From NCBI GenBank assembly GCA_964187785.1, contig OZ076409.1:16432001-16496000 (forward strand): a stretch of 64,000 bases of DNA. The letters are read 5' to 3'. Below the pieces are notes generated by a model. That model was not told the origin of the DNA, made no database searches, and saw nothing but the letters and a program-made list of their open reading frames with translations. The DNA comes from Amphiscolops sp. MND2022. Lineage: Eukaryota. How positions within the stretch are numbered: position 1 is the stretch's first letter; every line of letters begins with the position of its first letter. Positions 27,638-38,852 of the stretch are shown piece by piece. A program made the translations under genes and the position numbers.

Positions 27638-28422
27638 TTTTTGTCAGAAATGTGGTTTAACTTCGGTGACAGTTTTGCAAAAGGGGTCAAATTGAAAAGA
27701 TAGCACAAAACGGACAACGCCATCAGAAAGAGCGTCCAAAAAAACCCCCATGCTGAAATTTTCGCCGCCATCACTTGAATTTTCATTGAGTTATGTCATT
27801 TTTACTATTTTCACAAAATGTGGTTTAACTTCGGTGACAGTTTTGCAAAAGGGGTCAAAATGAACAGATAGCAAAAAACGGACAACGGCATTGGAAAGAG
27901 GGCCCAAAATTACCCCTAAAACGTGTTTTTCACACTCCTGAGTCGACTTTTGATAATACATGGAATTTCATTTTTAAGCTTACTAATTTATGCTTTTCAG
28001 CATACATTTTCGTAATAGAGTCAAAATTTTGCTTTCTCACAATTTTTCTGGAATATTTTTGTTTCATCAGATGTCAATAACTTGAAACGTCGTCTTTTCA
28101 TGAGAATTTCTCCTCAAAACAAGTTGTTGGCTGGTAATGGTAAGTCCGTACCGCAGATAGGAGTCTCGCGCTCCAAAAATTGACTCTTTGCTTTTAGCCT
28201 AATTGTTGTGATAAACTTATTAAATAGGTAAGTATTCCAACCCTATTGATAAGTTTTATTTGAAAGCAGACTGCGAAAGTGGTCTGCTGCCCAATTTTTG
28301 AACAAGGAACAAGCTAGTCTGCACTAACTTAAAAGTTACGCGTATTTTGACCGAGAAAATTTTCGTATCATTGTACGTAATTTTGTTGTTAAGCATATAA
28401 AGCTATTGATTTTACAATGATC

Positions 28423-28541
28423 GGCTACGACCATACCATGTTGAATGCACCGGTTCTCGTCCGATCACCGAAGTTAAACAACATAGGGCCTGGTTAGTAC
28501 TTGGATGGGAGACCGCTTGGGAACACCAGGTGTTGTAGCCT
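28423..28541 (+). rRNA. 5S rRNA
   Basis: Copy of 399-517. Confidence 0.97.
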
Positions 28542-29326
28542 TTTTTGTCAGAAATGTGGTTTAACTTCGGTGACAGTTTTGCAAAAGGGGTCAAATTGAA
28601 AAGATAGCACAAAACGGACAACGCCATCAGAAAGAGCGTCCAAAAAAACCCCCATGCTGAAATTTTCGCCGCCATCACTTGAATTTTCATTGAGTTATGT
28701 CATTTTTACTATTTTCACAAAATGTGGTTTAACTTCGGTGACAGTTTTGCAAAAGGGGTCAAAATGAACAGATAGCAAAAAACGGACAACGGCATTGGAA
28801 AGAGGGCCCAAAATTACCCCTAAAACGTGTTTTTCACACTCCTGAGTCGACTTTTGATAATACATGGAATTTCATTTTTAAGCTTACTAATTTATGCTTT
28901 TCAGCATACATTTTCGTAATAGAGTCAAAATTTTGCTTTCTCACAATTTTTCTGGAATATTTTTGTTTCATCAGATGTCAATAACTTGAAACGTCGTCTT
29001 TTCATGAGAATTTCTCCTCAAAACAAGTTGTTGGCTGGTAATGGTAAGTCCGTACCGCAGATAGGAGTCTCGCGCTCCAAAAATTGACTCTTTGCTTTTA
29101 GCCTAATTGTTGTGATAAACTTATTAAATAGGTAAGTATTCCAACCCTATTGATAAGTTTTATTTGAAAGCAGACTGCGAAAGTGGTCTGCTGCCCAATT
29201 TTTGAACAAGGAACAAGCTAGTCTGCACTAACTTAAAAGTTACGCGTATTTTGACCGAGAAAATTTTCGTATCATTGTACGTAATTTTGTTGTTAAGCAT
29301 ATAAAGCTATTGATTTTACAATGATC

Positions 29327-29445
29327 GGCTACGACCATACCATGTTGAATGCACCGGTTCTCGTCCGATCACCGAAGTTAAACAACATAGGGCCTGGTTA
29401 GTACTTGGATGGGAGACCGCTTGGGAACACCAGGTGTTGTAGCCT
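29327..29445 (+). rRNA. 5S rRNA
   Basis: Copy of 399-517. Confidence 0.97.
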
Positions 29446-30230
29446 TTTTTGTCAGAAATGTGGTTTAACTTCGGTGACAGTTTTGCAAAAGGGGTCAAAT
29501 TGAAAAGATAGCACAAAACGGACAACGCCATCAGAAAGAGCGTCCAAAAAAACCCCCATGCTGAAATTTTCGCCGCCATCACTTGAATTTTCATTGAGTT
29601 ATGTCATTTTTACTATTTTCACAAAATGTGGTTTAACTTCGGTGACAGTTTTGCAAAAGGGGTCAAAATGAACAGATAGCAAAAAACGGACAACGGCATT
29701 GGAAAGAGGGCCCAAAATTACCCCTAAAACGTGTTTTTCACACTCCTGAGTCGACTTTTGATAATACATGGAATTTCATTTTTAAGCTTACTAATTTATG
29801 CTTTTCAGCATACATTTTCGTAATAGAGTCAAAATTTTGCTTTCTCACAATTTTTCTGGAATATTTTTGTTTCATCAGATGTCAATAACTTGAAACGTCG
29901 TCTTTTCATGAGAATTTCTCCTCAAAACAAGTTGTTGGCTGGTAATGGTAAGTCCGTACCGCAGATAGGAGTCTCGCGCTCCAAAAATTGACTCTTTGCT
30001 TTTAGCCTAATTGTTGTGATAAACTTATTAAATAGGTAAGTATTCCAACCCTATTGATAAGTTTTATTTGAAAGCAGACTGCGAAAGTGGTCTGCTGCCC
30101 AATTTTTGAACAAGGAACAAGCTAGTCTGCACTAACTTAAAAGTTACGCGTATTTTGACCGAGAAAATTTTCGTATCATTGTACGTAATTTTGTTGTTAA
30201 GCATATAAAGCTATTGATTTTACAATGATC

Positions 30231-30349
30231 GGCTACGACCATACCATGTTGAATGCACCGGTTCTCGTCCGATCACCGAAGTTAAACAACATAGGGCCTG
30301 GTTAGTACTTGGATGGGAGACCGCTTGGGAACACCAGGTGTTGTAGCCT
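30231..30349 (+). rRNA. 5S rRNA
   Basis: Copy of 399-517. Confidence 0.97.
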
Positions 30350-31134
30350 TTTTTGTCAGAAATGTGGTTTAACTTCGGTGACAGTTTTGCAAAAGGGGTC
30401 AAATTGAAAAGATAGCACAAAACGGACAACGCCATCAGAAAGAGCGTCCAAAAAAACCCCCATGCTGAAATTTTCGCCGCCATCACTTGAATTTTCATTG
30501 AGTTATGTCATTTTTACTATTTTCACAAAATGTGGTTTAACTTCGGTGACAGTTTTGCAAAAGGGGTCAAAATGAACAGATAGCAAAAAACGGACAACGG
30601 CATTGGAAAGAGGGCCCAAAATTACCCCTAAAACGTGTTTTTCACACTCCTGAGTCGACTTTTGATAATACATGGAATTTCATTTTTAAGCTTACTAATT
30701 TATGCTTTTCAGCATACATTTTCGTAATAGAGTCAAAATTTTGCTTTCTCACAATTTTTCTGGAATATTTTTGTTTCATCAGATGTCAATAACTTGAAAC
30801 GTCGTCTTTTCATGAGAATTTCTCCTCAAAACAAGTTGTTGGCTGGTAATGGTAAGTCCGTACCGCAGATAGGAGTCTCGCGCTCCAAAAATTGACTCTT
30901 TGCTTTTAGCCTAATTGTTGTGATAAACTTATTAAATAGGTAAGTATTCCAACCCTATTGATAAGTTTTATTTGAAAGCAGACTGCGAAAGTGGTCTGCT
31001 GCCCAATTTTTGAACAAGGAACAAGCTAGTCTGCACTAACTTAAAAGTTACGCGTATTTTGACCGAGAAAATTTTCGTATCATTGTACGTAATTTTGTTG
31101 TTAAGCATATAAAGCTATTGATTTTACAATGATC

Positions 31135-31253
31135 GGCTACGACCATACCATGTTGAATGCACCGGTTCTCGTCCGATCACCGAAGTTAAACAACATAGGG
31201 CCTGGTTAGTACTTGGATGGGAGACCGCTTGGGAACACCAGGTGTTGTAGCCT
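31135..31253 (+). rRNA. 5S rRNA
   Basis: Copy of 399-517. Confidence 0.97.
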
Positions 31254-32038
31254 TTTTTGTCAGAAATGTGGTTTAACTTCGGTGACAGTTTTGCAAAAGG
31301 GGTCAAATTGAAAAGATAGCACAAAACGGACAACGCCATCAGAAAGAGCGTCCAAAAAAACCCCCATGCTGAAATTTTCGCCGCCATCACTTGAATTTTC
31401 ATTGAGTTATGTCATTTTTACTATTTTCACAAAATGTGGTTTAACTTCGGTGACAGTTTTGCAAAAGGGGTCAAAATGAACAGATAGCAAAAAACGGACA
31501 ACGGCATTGGAAAGAGGGCCCAAAATTACCCCTAAAACGTGTTTTTCACACTCCTGAGTCGACTTTTGATAATACATGGAATTTCATTTTTAAGCTTACT
31601 AATTTATGCTTTTCAGCATACATTTTCGTAATAGAGTCAAAATTTTGCTTTCTCACAATTTTTCTGGAATATTTTTGTTTCATCAGATGTCAATAACTTG
31701 AAACGTCGTCTTTTCATGAGAATTTCTCCTCAAAACAAGTTGTTGGCTGGTAATGGTAAGTCCGTACCGCAGATAGGAGTCTCGCGCTCCAAAAATTGAC
31801 TCTTTGCTTTTAGCCTAATTGTTGTGATAAACTTATTAAATAGGTAAGTATTCCAACCCTATTGATAAGTTTTATTTGAAAGCAGACTGCGAAAGTGGTC
31901 TGCTGCCCAATTTTTGAACAAGGAACAAGCTAGTCTGCACTAACTTAAAAGTTACGCGTATTTTGACCGAGAAAATTTTCGTATCATTGTACGTAATTTT
32001 GTTGTTAAGCATATAAAGCTATTGATTTTACAATGATC

Positions 32039-32157
32039 GGCTACGACCATACCATGTTGAATGCACCGGTTCTCGTCCGATCACCGAAGTTAAACAACAT
32101 AGGGCCTGGTTAGTACTTGGATGGGAGACCGCTTGGGAACACCAGGTGTTGTAGCCT
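32039..32157 (+). rRNA. 5S rRNA
   Basis: Copy of 399-517. Confidence 0.97.
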
Positions 32158-32942
32158 TTTTTGTCAGAAATGTGGTTTAACTTCGGTGACAGTTTTGCAA
32201 AAGGGGTCAAATTGAAAAGATAGCACAAAACGGACAACGCCATCAGAAAGAGCGTCCAAAAAAACCCCCATGCTGAAATTTTCGCCGCCATCACTTGAAT
32301 TTTCATTGAGTTATGTCATTTTTACTATTTTCACAAAATGTGGTTTAACTTCGGTGACAGTTTTGCAAAAGGGGTCAAAATGAACAGATAGCAAAAAACG
32401 GACAACGGCATTGGAAAGAGGGCCCAAAATTACCCCTAAAACGTGTTTTTCACACTCCTGAGTCGACTTTTGATAATACATGGAATTTCATTTTTAAGCT
32501 TACTAATTTATGCTTTTCAGCATACATTTTCGTAATAGAGTCAAAATTTTGCTTTCTCACAATTTTTCTGGAATATTTTTGTTTCATCAGATGTCAATAA
32601 CTTGAAACGTCGTCTTTTCATGAGAATTTCTCCTCAAAACAAGTTGTTGGCTGGTAATGGTAAGTCCGTACCGCAGATAGGAGTCTCGCGCTCCAAAAAT
32701 TGACTCTTTGCTTTTAGCCTAATTGTTGTGATAAACTTATTAAATAGGTAAGTATTCCAACCCTATTGATAAGTTTTATTTGAAAGCAGACTGCGAAAGT
32801 GGTCTGCTGCCCAATTTTTGAACAAGGAACAAGCTAGTCTGCACTAACTTAAAAGTTACGCGTATTTTGACCGAGAAAATTTTCGTATCATTGTACGTAA
32901 TTTTGTTGTTAAGCATATAAAGCTATTGATTTTACAATGATC

Positions 32943-33061
32943 GGCTACGACCATACCATGTTGAATGCACCGGTTCTCGTCCGATCACCGAAGTTAAACA
33001 ACATAGGGCCTGGTTAGTACTTGGATGGGAGACCGCTTGGGAACACCAGGTGTTGTAGCCT
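32943..33061 (+). rRNA. 5S rRNA
   Basis: Copy of 399-517. Confidence 0.97.
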
Positions 33062-33846
33062 TTTTTGTCAGAAATGTGGTTTAACTTCGGTGACAGTTTT
33101 GCAAAAGGGGTCAAATTGAAAAGATAGCACAAAACGGACAACGCCATCAGAAAGAGCGTCCAAAAAAACCCCCATGCTGAAATTTTCGCCGCCATCACTT
33201 GAATTTTCATTGAGTTATGTCATTTTTACTATTTTCACAAAATGTGGTTTAACTTCGGTGACAGTTTTGCAAAAGGGGTCAAAATGAACAGATAGCAAAA
33301 AACGGACAACGGCATTGGAAAGAGGGCCCAAAATTACCCCTAAAACGTGTTTTTCACACTCCTGAGTCGACTTTTGATAATACATGGAATTTCATTTTTA
33401 AGCTTACTAATTTATGCTTTTCAGCATACATTTTCGTAATAGAGTCAAAATTTTGCTTTCTCACAATTTTTCTGGAATATTTTTGTTTCATCAGATGTCA
33501 ATAACTTGAAACGTCGTCTTTTCATGAGAATTTCTCCTCAAAACAAGTTGTTGGCTGGTAATGGTAAGTCCGTACCGCAGATAGGAGTCTCGCGCTCCAA
33601 AAATTGACTCTTTGCTTTTAGCCTAATTGTTGTGATAAACTTATTAAATAGGTAAGTATTCCAACCCTATTGATAAGTTTTATTTGAAAGCAGACTGCGA
33701 AAGTGGTCTGCTGCCCAATTTTTGAACAAGGAACAAGCTAGTCTGCACTAACTTAAAAGTTACGCGTATTTTGACCGAGAAAATTTTCGTATCATTGTAC
33801 GTAATTTTGTTGTTAAGCATATAAAGCTATTGATTTTACAATGATC

Positions 33847-33965
33847 GGCTACGACCATACCATGTTGAATGCACCGGTTCTCGTCCGATCACCGAAGTTA
33901 AACAACATAGGGCCTGGTTAGTACTTGGATGGGAGACCGCTTGGGAACACCAGGTGTTGTAGCCT
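33847..33965 (+). rRNA. 5S rRNA
   Basis: Copy of 399-517. Confidence 0.97.
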
Positions 33966-34750
33966 TTTTTGTCAGAAATGTGGTTTAACTTCGGTGACAG
34001 TTTTGCAAAAGGGGTCAAATTGAAAAGATAGCACAAAACGGACAACGCCATCAGAAAGAGCGTCCAAAAAAACCCCCATGCTGAAATTTTCGCCGCCATC
34101 ACTTGAATTTTCATTGAGTTATGTCATTTTTACTATTTTCACAAAATGTGGTTTAACTTCGGTGACAGTTTTGCAAAAGGGGTCAAAATGAACAGATAGC
34201 AAAAAACGGACAACGGCATTGGAAAGAGGGCCCAAAATTACCCCTAAAACGTGTTTTTCACACTCCTGAGTCGACTTTTGATAATACATGGAATTTCATT
34301 TTTAAGCTTACTAATTTATGCTTTTCAGCATACATTTTCGTAATAGAGTCAAAATTTTGCTTTCTCACAATTTTTCTGGAATATTTTTGTTTCATCAGAT
34401 GTCAATAACTTGAAACGTCGTCTTTTCATGAGAATTTCTCCTCAAAACAAGTTGTTGGCTGGTAATGGTAAGTCCGTACCGCAGATAGGAGTCTCGCGCT
34501 CCAAAAATTGACTCTTTGCTTTTAGCCTAATTGTTGTGATAAACTTATTAAATAGGTAAGTATTCCAACCCTATTGATAAGTTTTATTTGAAAGCAGACT
34601 GCGAAAGTGGTCTGCTGCCCAATTTTTGAACAAGGAACAAGCTAGTCTGCACTAACTTAAAAGTTACGCGTATTTTGACCGAGAAAATTTTCGTATCATT
34701 GTACGTAATTTTGTTGTTAAGCATATAAAGCTATTGATTTTACAATGATC

Positions 34751-34869
34751 GGCTACGACCATACCATGTTGAATGCACCGGTTCTCGTCCGATCACCGAA
34801 GTTAAACAACATAGGGCCTGGTTAGTACTTGGATGGGAGACCGCTTGGGAACACCAGGTGTTGTAGCCT
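34751..34869 (+). rRNA. 5S rRNA
   Basis: Copy of 399-517. Confidence 0.97.
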
Positions 34870-35654
34870 TTTTTGTCAGAAATGTGGTTTAACTTCGGTG
34901 ACAGTTTTGCAAAAGGGGTCAAATTGAAAAGATAGCACAAAACGGACAACGCCATCAGAAAGAGCGTCCAAAAAAACCCCCATGCTGAAATTTTCGCCGC
35001 CATCACTTGAATTTTCATTGAGTTATGTCATTTTTACTATTTTCACAAAATGTGGTTTAACTTCGGTGACAGTTTTGCAAAAGGGGTCAAAATGAACAGA
35101 TAGCAAAAAACGGACAACGGCATTGGAAAGAGGGCCCAAAATTACCCCTAAAACGTGTTTTTCACACTCCTGAGTCGACTTTTGATAATACATGGAATTT
35201 CATTTTTAAGCTTACTAATTTATGCTTTTCAGCATACATTTTCGTAATAGAGTCAAAATTTTGCTTTCTCACAATTTTTCTGGAATATTTTTGTTTCATC
35301 AGATGTCAATAACTTGAAACGTCGTCTTTTCATGAGAATTTCTCCTCAAAACAAGTTGTTGGCTGGTAATGGTAAGTCCGTACCGCAGATAGGAGTCTCG
35401 CGCTCCAAAAATTGACTCTTTGCTTTTAGCCTAATTGTTGTGATAAACTTATTAAATAGGTAAGTATTCCAACCCTATTGATAAGTTTTATTTGAAAGCA
35501 GACTGCGAAAGTGGTCTGCTGCCCAATTTTTGAACAAGGAACAATCTAGTCTGCACTAACTTAAAAGTTACGCGTATTTTGACCGAGAAAATTTTCGTAT
35601 CATTGTACGTAATTTTGTTGTTAAGCATATAAAGCTATTGATTTTACAATGATC

Positions 35655-35773
35655 GGCTACGACCATACCATGTTGAATGCACCGGTTCTCGTCCGATCAC
35701 CGAAGTTAAACAACATAGGGCCTGGTTAGTACTTGGATGGGAGACCGCTTGGGAACACCAGGTGTTGTAGCCT
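35655..35773 (+). rRNA. 5S rRNA
   Basis: Copy of 399-517. Confidence 0.97.
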
Positions 35774-36558
35774 TTTTTGTCAGAAATGTGGTTTAACTTC
35801 GGTGACAGTTTTGCAAAAGGGGTCAAATTGAAAAGATAGCACAAAACGGACAACGCCATCAGAAAGAGCGTCCAAAAAAACCCCCATGCTGAAATTTTCG
35901 CCGCCATCACTTGAATTTTCATTGAGTTATGTCATTTTTACTATTTTCACAAAATGTGGTTTAACTTCGGTGACAGTTTTGCAAAAGGGGTCAAAATGAA
36001 CAGATAGCAAAAAACGGACAACGGCATTGGAAAGAGGGCCCAAAATTACCCCTAAAACGTGTTTTTCACACTCCTGAGTCGACTTTTGATAATACATGGA
36101 ATTTCATTTTTAAGCTTACTAATTTATGCTTTTCAGCATACATTTTCGTAATAGAGTCAAAATTTTGCTTTCTCACAATTTTTCTGGAATATTTTTGTTT
36201 CATCAGATGTCAATAACTTGAAACGTCGTCTTTTCATGAGAATTTCTCCTCAAAACAAGTTGTTGGCTGGTAATGGTAAGTCCGTACCGCAGATAGGAGT
36301 CTCGCGCTCCAAAAATTGACTCTTTGCTTTTAGCCTAATTGTTGTGATAAACTTATTAAATAGGTAAGTATTCCAACCCTATTGATAAGTTTTATTTGAA
36401 AGCAGACTGCGAAAGTGGTCTGCTGCCCAATTTTTGAACAAGGAACAAGCTAGTCTGCACTAACTTAAAAGTTACGCGTATTTTGACCGAGAAAATTTTC
36501 GTATCATTGTACGTAATTTTGTTGTTAAGCATATAAAGCTATTGATTTTACAATGATC

Positions 36559-36677
36559 GGCTACGACCATACCATGTTGAATGCACCGGTTCTCGTCCGA
36601 TCACCGAAGTTAAACAACATAGGGCCTGGTTAGTACTTGGATGGGAGACCGCTTGGGAACACCAGGTGTTGTAGCCT
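36559..36677 (+). rRNA. 5S rRNA
   Basis: Copy of 399-517. Confidence 0.97.
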
Positions 36678-37222
36678 TTTTTGTCAGAAATGTGGTTTAA
36701 CTTCGGTGACAGTTTTGCAAAAGGGGTCAAATTGAAAAGATAGCACAAAACGGACAACGCCATCAGAAAGAGCGTCCAAAAAAACCCCCATGCTGAAATT
36801 TTCGCCGCCATCACTTGAATTTTCATTGAGTTATGTCATTTTTACTATTTTCACAAAATGTGGTTTAACTTCGGTGACAGTTTTGCAAAAGGGGTCAAAA
36901 TGAACAGATAGCAAAAAACGGACAACGGCATTGGAAAGAGGGCCCAAAATTACCCCTAAAACGTGTTTTTCACACTCCTGAGTCGACTTTTGATAATACA
37001 TGGAATTTCATTTTTAAGCTTACTAATTTATGCTTTTCAGCATACATTTTCGTAATAGAGTCAAAATTTTGCTTTCTCACAATTTTTCTGGAATATTTTT
37101 GTTTCATCAGATGTCAATAACTTGAAACGTCGTCTTTTCATGAGAATTTCTCCTCAAAACAAGTTGTTGGCTGGTAATGGTAAGTCCGTACCGCAGATAG
37201 GAGTCTCGCGCTCCAAAAATTG

Positions 37223-37264
37223 ACTCTTTGCTTTTAGCCTAATTGTTGTGATAAACTTATTAAA
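37223..37264 (+). pseudogene. Exon part of the SL RNA gene interrupted by the retrotransposon
   Basis: Matches unit positions 159-200, then runs into element sequence with no donor. Confidence 0.75.
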
Positions 37265-37658
37265 AAGTCCTTTTAATAAGTTTGCTTGTACATCATTCGG
37301 TTAAGCAACCCATAGCTCTGTGCTATCATTCAAACTACCATTTTACAAACCCGTCGTGAAGCACCTAAGAAGCCATTCTTTCCTACGGGGGTCGCTGGCT
37401 AAGGTTTGATCTGCGTGGATATTCTTCCAACCGGCTCGTGTGTGGTCGCGTTAGTAGATCAAGCTGAGAAACCGAGACTGGTGCTTCCCAGCGTATTCGT
37501 GAGGTTGCGCTGAAGCTTTCTTGGCGGTCGGCTGGCAGGAGCCCTCAATAAACTGCCAGTTGTCCCAGCAGAGCTCTTCACAGCTGGCAGTGATAGATGC
37601 TCTGTTTCCCCCTAAAAACAAAACAACTCTTTCCCTTTTATTTCAACTGAACTAAAGA

Positions 37659-38852
37659 ATGGATTACGCAGCAGCAACAAAATCAAGCGAAACAACAGAA
37701 GACTACCTCCCCCCACTTCTGTTTGTACTTCCAATCACTAAAGAAGATTTCAACACTCCGAACGGAATTATTGACATCTTCGTTAAACTCTGTACGACAC
37801 TCTTAGCAAAACTACCATGTGAGGCTAGAACGAAAACGGTCATACAACGAGTAACATACGGATTCAAGAAATTGAAGGCAGTCAAAGTAAACTTGCCAAC
37901 TTCTTGTCAGAACGTACAAAACGAAATGCTCGGCATGGGGCTAGAATGTGGGAACAAAACGGTATGGCCGGTGCGAGACGACCGAACCTACAGATTCTAC
38001 CCGTGCAATGTCAGCATCAAGATTCAAAATGCCCTGCCCAATCTGACCAACGAAGAAATCAAGAACGAACTGAAACTACCCGAAGGCATTACTGCGAACG
38101 ACGACTTGAACTTCAAAACAGTCAGCATTGGGCCGTACATGAAAGTCTTTGATGGAACAGCGACAATCTCTGCCACTGTTCAGTCTGCCGAGCAAATGGA
38201 AGAAATGAAAAACTGGTCGCGCAAAGCTTTCTTTGAAGAAAAACAAGTTAGAAATCAAGTGACTCAGATGTATGCTCCTAACATCATGACATGTACTTTC
38301 TGTGAAAAGAAAGGCTCCTTCTACAGAGGTCATGATGACACTTGGTGCACAAAGAAAACGAAAGAAGAACGCGAACTGAAAAAAAAAGCGAAGGCGATCG
38401 AAGACGAAGGCGACGTCTTCACAGCCGACGAACAAAGTGTACACAACGAACAAATCGCAAAAATTAGAAACGACAGCTGTGCATCAACATCAAGCAGAAA
38501 TAATAAAAGACGACGCAGCACACCAAAGCGCGCCAACTCGGAAAAAAACCCACGACTCAGTGCGAGACAGCGAACCAGCCAAATACCAAAGATGAAAGCA
38601 AAAGCTCAAAATGAGAACAAACCCGAACAAAAAGAAAGTACAAGTCAAACTGCAAACAACAACAGTGATAACAATGACGAGAATGAAGAACAAGATACCA
38701 CAAGCACGAAGAACGCAGATACCGAAAACAGATTGCCGAAACCGCTGAACATGAGAGATTTTGTGGATGCAATGAATCCAATTCATCACATAGAAACAAA
38801 TGAAACAACAAACAACAACGTCAACGAAACAAACAATACGAAGACGAAATGA
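37659..38852 (+). CDS. Retrotransposon ORF1p, putative nucleic-acid-binding/gag-like protein (397 aa)
   Basis: Long ORF directly upstream of the RT ORF; knuckle-like CTFCEKKGSFYRGHDDTWC (C-x2-C-x9-H-x4-C); basic segment and low-complexity N/E/T-rich C-terminus. Confidence 0.85.
   Translation: MDYAAATKSSETTEDYLPPLLFVLPITKEDFNTPNGIIDIFVKLCTTLLAKLPCEARTKTVIQRVTYGFKKLKAVKVNLPTSCQNVQNEMLGMGLECGNKTVWPVRDDRTYRFYPCNVSIKIQNALPNLTNEEIKNELKLPEGITANDDLNFKTVSIGPYMKVFDGTATISATVQSAEQMEEMKNWSRKAFFEEKQVRNQVTQMYAPNIMTCTFCEKKGSFYRGHDDTWCTKKTKEERELKKKAKAIEDEGDVFTADEQSVHNEQIAKIRNDSCASTSSRNNKRRRSTPKRANSEKNPRLSARQRTSQIPKMKAKAQNENKPEQKESTSQTANNNSDNNDENEEQDTTSTKNADTENRLPKPLNMRDFVDAMNPIHHIETNETTNNNVNETNNTKTK

Larger units (their letters stand above)
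1..37264 (+). repeat. Tandem array of 904-bp [putative SL RNA + 5S rRNA + spacer] units, left block (41 5S copies)
   Basis: Exact 904-bp periodicity (ORF track starts 388, 1292, ... 36548); units differ only by a few SNPs. Confidence 0.99.

Noticed and set aside
37625..37661. Pyrimidine tract and AAG just before the ORF1 ATG as a possible trans-splice acceptor
   Set aside because: The AG is separated from the tract and has a weak AAG context; not supportable without transcript data.
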